Shown here: positions 59,734 through 64,000 of the stretch, piece after piece | Numbering within the stretch: the stretch's first letter is position 1 | Layout of the letters: each line of letters begins with the position of its first letter | Source of the DNA: Biomphalaria pfeifferi | Taxonomy: Eukaryota | Direction: 5' to 3' | NCBI GenBank assembly: GCA_030265305.1 | Contig: JASAOG010000245.1 | Location: forward strand, 233,822-297,821 | Length of the DNA: 64,000 bases | Notes under the pieces: model-generated | Seen by the model: the letters and a program-made list of their open reading frames with translations, nothing else | Databases searched by the model: none | Told to the model about the DNA's origin: nothing | Program-made: the position numbers and the translations under genes

Positions 59734-59899
59734 GAAAATCATGTTGATGCCATCCATCCTGGGTATGGTTTCTTGTCAGAGAGAGCAGACTTTGCTAAGG
59801 CTTGTGTCGATGCAGGCATCACGTTCATTGGTCCAACACCTAAGGTGGTCCACAGGATGGGGGATAAGGTGGAGGCAAGACAAGCGGCGACTGATGCAG
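59734..59899 (+). CDS. PC: Pyruvate carboxylase exon 3 ([55 protein letters not shown])
   Basis: Matches human [49 protein letters not shown]. Acceptor tcttag and donor gtaata. Confidence 0.9.
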
Positions 59900-60385
59900 G
59901 TAATATGACTGTAGACTTTACTCAAAATATTCCTGTAACAATCTTGAAATGGCCTTTCTTTTTGGAGGCCATAGGGATAATGGAAGAAGCACTGTGGTCA
60001 AAGTCACAGATTCAAATATCTGCCCTTATTAAAAGCCAATGATTTTATCTATAAATCAGAGTTTTATAATAGAAACCAATGGAACTATTGGATCCTTTGG
60101 TTTTCAGTTTCAGGACTAAGAATACAGATCTTTTTTTTTCTCCTGGAAAGAACAAAATACTTGACTTCATTTAAAAGTTACAGAATACAGGTGTACATTC
60201 TGACATTGAATGTTTAGTAGCGAAGTCAATGATGAAGCACAACTTTCTAAATGCATGAGCAACAAATATGGTAGAAACTGCAAACATTTTTACATTTTTG
60301 TCAACAGGAGTTGTTATTGAGGTACAAATGGTTTATTGAGTTGAAGAAATTATAATAATTTGCTCTTAGTTTGGAATTCATTCAA

Positions 60386-60640
60386 GGGACATTTGTATTT
60401 CCTTCAATGCAACTTTTAGAGAGTTTAAGAAAGGAACTAAGGGACATTTGTATTTCCTTCAATGCAACTTTTAGAGAGTTTTAGAAAGGAACTAAGGGAC
60501 ATTTGTATTTCCTTCAATGCAACTTTTAGAGAGTTTTAGAAAGGAACTAAGGGACATTTGTATTTCCTTCAATGCAACTTTTAGAGAGTTTTAGAAAGGA
60601 ACTAAGGGACATTTGCATTTCCTTCAATGCAACTTGCCAT
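60386..60640. repeat. Tandem repeat: about 56-bp unit (gggacatttgtatttccttcaatgcaacttttagagagttttagaaaggaactaag) x about 4.5, in PC intron 3
   Basis: Read directly. Confidence 0.85.
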
Positions 60641-61181
60641 TGTTAGTTAACATAACACACTAGTGTAGTTCCACTTCCTCATTTGTCACAAGTTCCATTT
60701 TGGCCTAGTAATGCTTGTTGACTCATTCAGAAGATACAAGCAAAAGCATAATAGTTATACTTGAGTAATTCATTGCTCGTGAAGAATTTGTAACAAACTG
60801 TTTAGTTCAAGGAATCTAAGACTGAGACTCTGCAGGACTGTTATTTATTGATTTTCTAAATCCTTTTCTTAACTTGTCTGTAAGCTTTTGTTGGTTGATT
60901 TGTAATTTTTTCTTCAATCAGTTGCAATACATCTTCACCTTGTTTTTGCTCTATGGATTTTAACTTGCTTCGAAATATGTACAGCCAAAAATTTTTGTAA
61001 GAAAACCTATCATCAGAGAAGACATCCTAGAAAATTCAAAACCTATTATCAGAGAAGACATCCTAGAAAATTCCACTGTGATCTAATATTTTTTAAATTT
61101 AATATTTTTGTGATATTATTTTCCAGTGGCGCTTCATTGCTTGTAGTTATAAAGACATTTTTTCCTATTTATTTGTCACAG

Positions 61182-61327
61182 GTGTGAGGGTAGTTCCAGG
61201 CACTCCAGGGCCCATCACCACTGCAGATGAAGCTTATGAGTTCTCCAAGACACATGGGCTGCCTGTTATTTTTAAAGCAGCTTATGGTGGAGGCGGTCGT
61301 GGAATGAGAGTCGTCAGGACTCTAGAT
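61182..61327 (+). CDS. PC: Pyruvate carboxylase exon 4, ATP-grasp ([49 protein letters not shown])
   Basis: Matches human [43 protein letters not shown]. Acceptor tgtcacag and donor gtgggt. Confidence 0.88.
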
Positions 61328-61909
61328 GTGGGTTCACTTACTGAAATTTTCCTAAGTAGTTTTTTTTTTATTTAAGTTTTAGATTTATATTTACTTTTTA
61401 ATGCTAGAAATAATGTCTTTAGATGGTGCTTTGGATCATAAACTCCTTGTTACGTGTATGGATCCATTCATGTTAAACATAGTATTTTACAGATAGAAAA
61501 ATGGGAGACATAACATGTTTTTAAATTTCATCTTGAAATATGGATATGAATGTACATTTTGGTTTTTTATAGTTATAATGTTTTGTTTGTTGTAATGCAC
61601 TAATTGTAAGACAAATTTCCTTATGAACAATAAAGATTACTGTTATTATTATTATTAATAAAAAATAAATTAAAAAAATTTTTATAAATGTAAATAAAAA
61701 AAATGTATTGAGCAAATAATGGAAAAAAAGGATATAGGAAAATACCATTAAAAATATACATTTGTTTCCATATAGCCCATTAGAATGACTAAATAGAAAG
61801 GTAGTTTGTTATTGACATGTTACTGAGACAAACATATTCTAAGCTTTATGGTTTTGTTCCATACATTCTGGTTGATGGAGTCCCACATTTCAGAGTCTTT
61901 CATCCCCAG

Positions 61910-62027
61910 GAAGTGCAAGAAAATTTCAACAGAGCCTCTTCAGAAGCCTTGGCTGCATTCGGAAACGGAGCTCTCTTCATAGAAAAGTTTATTGAAAGAC
62001 CTCGTCATATTGAGGTCCAGATTCTAG
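61910..62027 (+). CDS. PC: Pyruvate carboxylase exon 5 ([39 protein letters not shown])
   Basis: Matches human [39 protein letters not shown]. Acceptor catccccag and donor gtaggt. Confidence 0.9.
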
Positions 62028-62275
62028 GTAGGTTTCATTTGTCAATGGGAGGGAACTTTCAAGGGGAATGTAATACTAATGTGTTTGAATTGTCATGACC
62101 TGTCTCCCTGTGTCTCAATTACTATTTGCTGTGCTGTTTGGTTTGCAGGGAGACGAGTGGTGGCTTCATTTCTTTTTTTTTACTTCCACTTGGTTTTTTG
62201 TTATTTACATGACTTTCCTTTTGATAAATGTTGTTTAGACCACACAAAAATAACCATAAAAAAAAAATAATAGAA

Positions 62276-62735
62276 AAGTTCCCCTTTCAGATCTTGCGAC
62301 CAATGGGGGCAGATGATGTAATGGTCATCTGTTTTTTTGGTCCACTGTTAAGGAGGCTGTCATGTGGCCATCACAACGACAACCTCCTTTATTTTTTCCC
62401 CAACTAGTGTCAGCTACCCATTAGAGCTAGGTGGACTCAGAGGCATCCAAAAGTCCCGAAATTCATAATAATAGTTTTTTGAATTTGTGTCTTAAAAGAG
62501 ATCTCAAAGACTTTGCGATCTATAAGGCAGATGTTGTAAAGTTCATTTGTTTTTATGGTTGACGGTTAATGAGGCTGTCATGTGGCCAGCACAATCACTT
62601 ACCACCTTTACTTTCCTCAACTTATTTGAGTTGGGTGGACTCAGGGGCACTCTAAAAATGTCAATATCCAGTCTTGACTGAGAGTCGAACTTGAGATGCA
62701 TTGGTTCAGAAACCAAGCTCTTTAGTCATCAGGCC
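62276..62735 (-). mobile_element. Two adjacent reverse-orientation family-1 SINE copies (62276-62460 and 62497-62735) in PC intron 5
   Basis: Both contain ..gtcatctgttttt..ggctgtcatgtggcca.cacaa...ccattagagct/ttgagttgggtggactcag.. The second retains a tRNA-like head (..gagtcgaacttgagatgcattggttcagaaaccaagctctttag.). Confidence 0.7.
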
Positions 62736-63007
62736 TCTACATTGCAAAAGAAATGCCTTGAATGACTTTTACTTGTAATAGCTAGCTGTTGGAAATCAGG
62801 CCTCTACATTACAAAAGAAATGCCTCGAATAACGTTTACTTGTAATAACTAGCTGTTGGAAATAAGACAGTTTCTTCAGTTAGATTCCCAATGCTGTAAA
62901 TGTAAATAATATGTCCTTCAGTTAGATGTCCTTTTCTTGCCCAATGCTGTAAATAAGACATTTTTCCAGTTAGATGTCAGGCACCTATTTTGCCTAATCC
63001 AGTAAAT

Positions 63008-63228
63008 AAAACATTTTCTTTAGCTATTTCTGTCCTAATGTTGTCTCAGGGACTTAAGGCTACATGTAAATGTTTCCCTTACCTACTCTTTCCCTTTAAG
63101 CTGCATAGCATATTTCCTTACACTTCCCTCAATCCTGATAGCTTGACTTATACCACCAGGTGACAAGGCTGGCAATGTGGCCCACTTGTATGAGAGAGAC
63201 TGTTCAGTGCTATTTTCTTTAGCTATTT
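63008..63228 (+). repeat. Upstream copy of an approximately 210-bp tandem duplication spanning the intron / exon-6 junction of PC (pseudo-acceptor plus the first approximately 50 nt of the exon, then divergence)
   Basis: 63010-63228 is approximately 90% identical to 63204-63428. Both copies contain ccaccag|gtgacaaggctggcaatgtggcccacttgtatgagagagactgttc, and only the downstream copy continues in frame. Confidence 0.8.
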
Positions 63229-63377
63229 CCATCCTAATGTTGTCTCAGGGACTTATGGCTACACATAAATGTTTTCCCATACCTACTATTCTTTCTAAGC
63301 TGCATTCTACTAAGCTGCATAGCATATTTCCTTCTTTACACTTCCCTCGATCCTGATAGCTTGACTTAAACCACCAG

Positions 63378-63648
63378 GTGACAAGGCTGGCAATGTGGCC
63401 CACTTGTATGAGAGAGACTGTTCTGTGCAGAGGCGTCACCAGAAAGTTGTGGAGATAGCTCCAGCCCCAAAGCTGGATGAGAAACTGCGTAACAAGATGA
63501 ATGATGATGCTGTCAAACTGGCCAAGTTTGTCGGCTACGAGAACGCTGGAACAACAGAGTTTCTCTTGGACAAGAATGGGGAACACTTCTTCATCGAGGT
63601 GAATGCCAGACTTCAAGTGGAACACACTGTGACAGAGCAAGTTACTGG
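63378..63648 (+). CDS. PC: Pyruvate carboxylase exon 6 ([91 protein letters not shown]); the gene continues beyond the window
   Basis: Matches human [90 protein letters not shown]. Acceptor ccaccag and donor gtaagt. Confidence 0.9.
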
Positions 63649-64000
63649 GTAAGTCTACCAATCATCGAGTCTTTTATTTTGCTGATCTTCTTGGGCCAAC
63701 ATTTCAAAAAATGGTTTGATAAAAGAAACTTGCTTGAAATGCAGACAAATAAACGTTCTCTTGAAGCCTAAAAAAGCTTGTTCTAGTGATTCAGTTCTAA
63801 AAGTGAAGCTCGAAATAAAATATGCAGCCTAGATTTAGAAAAAGTTTATAAAAATTTTTTTTTAATTTTTGAGAAAGCTAACTGGGCCAGTAAAGTTATC
63901 TGAAGATACAAGAGAACTCAGTCATTTAAAAACTTCTTTATTCTTCAGTCAAAATATTTGTTCTTTAAAGTAAAAAAAAAACAACAGTTCAGAATATTTC

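Noticed and set aside
19341-62735. tRNA-like sequences (A/B boxes, GGTTCGAATCC-type T-loops) as genuine tRNA genes
   Set aside because: Each is followed by a conserved approximately 200-bp non-tRNA body and tail shared among many copies, lacks a clean acceptor stem or 3' end, and is interpreted as a SINE head.

Overview
This window is eukaryotic (metazoan, probably invertebrate or lophotrochozoan-like) nuclear DNA. It is AT-rich and intron-rich with GT-AG splice sites and a heavy load of SINEs, MITEs and minisatellites. I found no prokaryotic operons, CRISPR arrays or defence systems; the new biology here is in mobile elements and gene structure. Three housekeeping genes are recognisable by exon-by-exon translation. 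The first is the 3' two-thirds of an MCM5 DNA-replication helicase gene on the + strand (13 exons, 3301-13415, stop at 13413-13415), recognised by the Walker A/B, arginine-finger and C-terminal MCM5 motifs. The second is a TAF6-family (TFIID subunit 6 / TAF6L-like) gene on the - strand, with the start codon at 35520 and 12 conserved exons down to 23139. Two further phase-compatible exons (20707-20988 and 18154-19026) would add an unusual Glu/Lys/Arg-rich coiled-coil plus Ser/Pro-rich tail. The third is the 5' third of a pyruvate carboxylase gene on the + strand (start 57659, 6 exons to 63648, continuing beyond the window). An intact 765-aa intronless hAT-like (DUF4371/ZMYM1-like) transposase ORF lies antisense in an MCM5 intron (29-2326, -), next to three palindromic 18-bp subterminal repeats. 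Other mobile DNA includes a CR1/L2-like LINE (EN-RT-C2H2 finger; 32250-35290, +) with an inverted 5' endonuclease segment (31742-32191, -) in TAF6 intron 1, and a hAT-Buster-like transposase remnant (15240-16563, -). There is a retroelement RNase H/3' end fragment (43490-44080, -), at least two tRNA-derived SINE families (about 17 copies), several TIR-bounded MITEs, and an 81-bp foldback element present three times. Five minisatellite arrays are present (60-bp x11, 38-bp x12, 20-bp x18, 26-bp x26, 56-bp x4.5), three of them abutting SINE 5' heads, together with G/C homopolymer runs of up to 20 nt.
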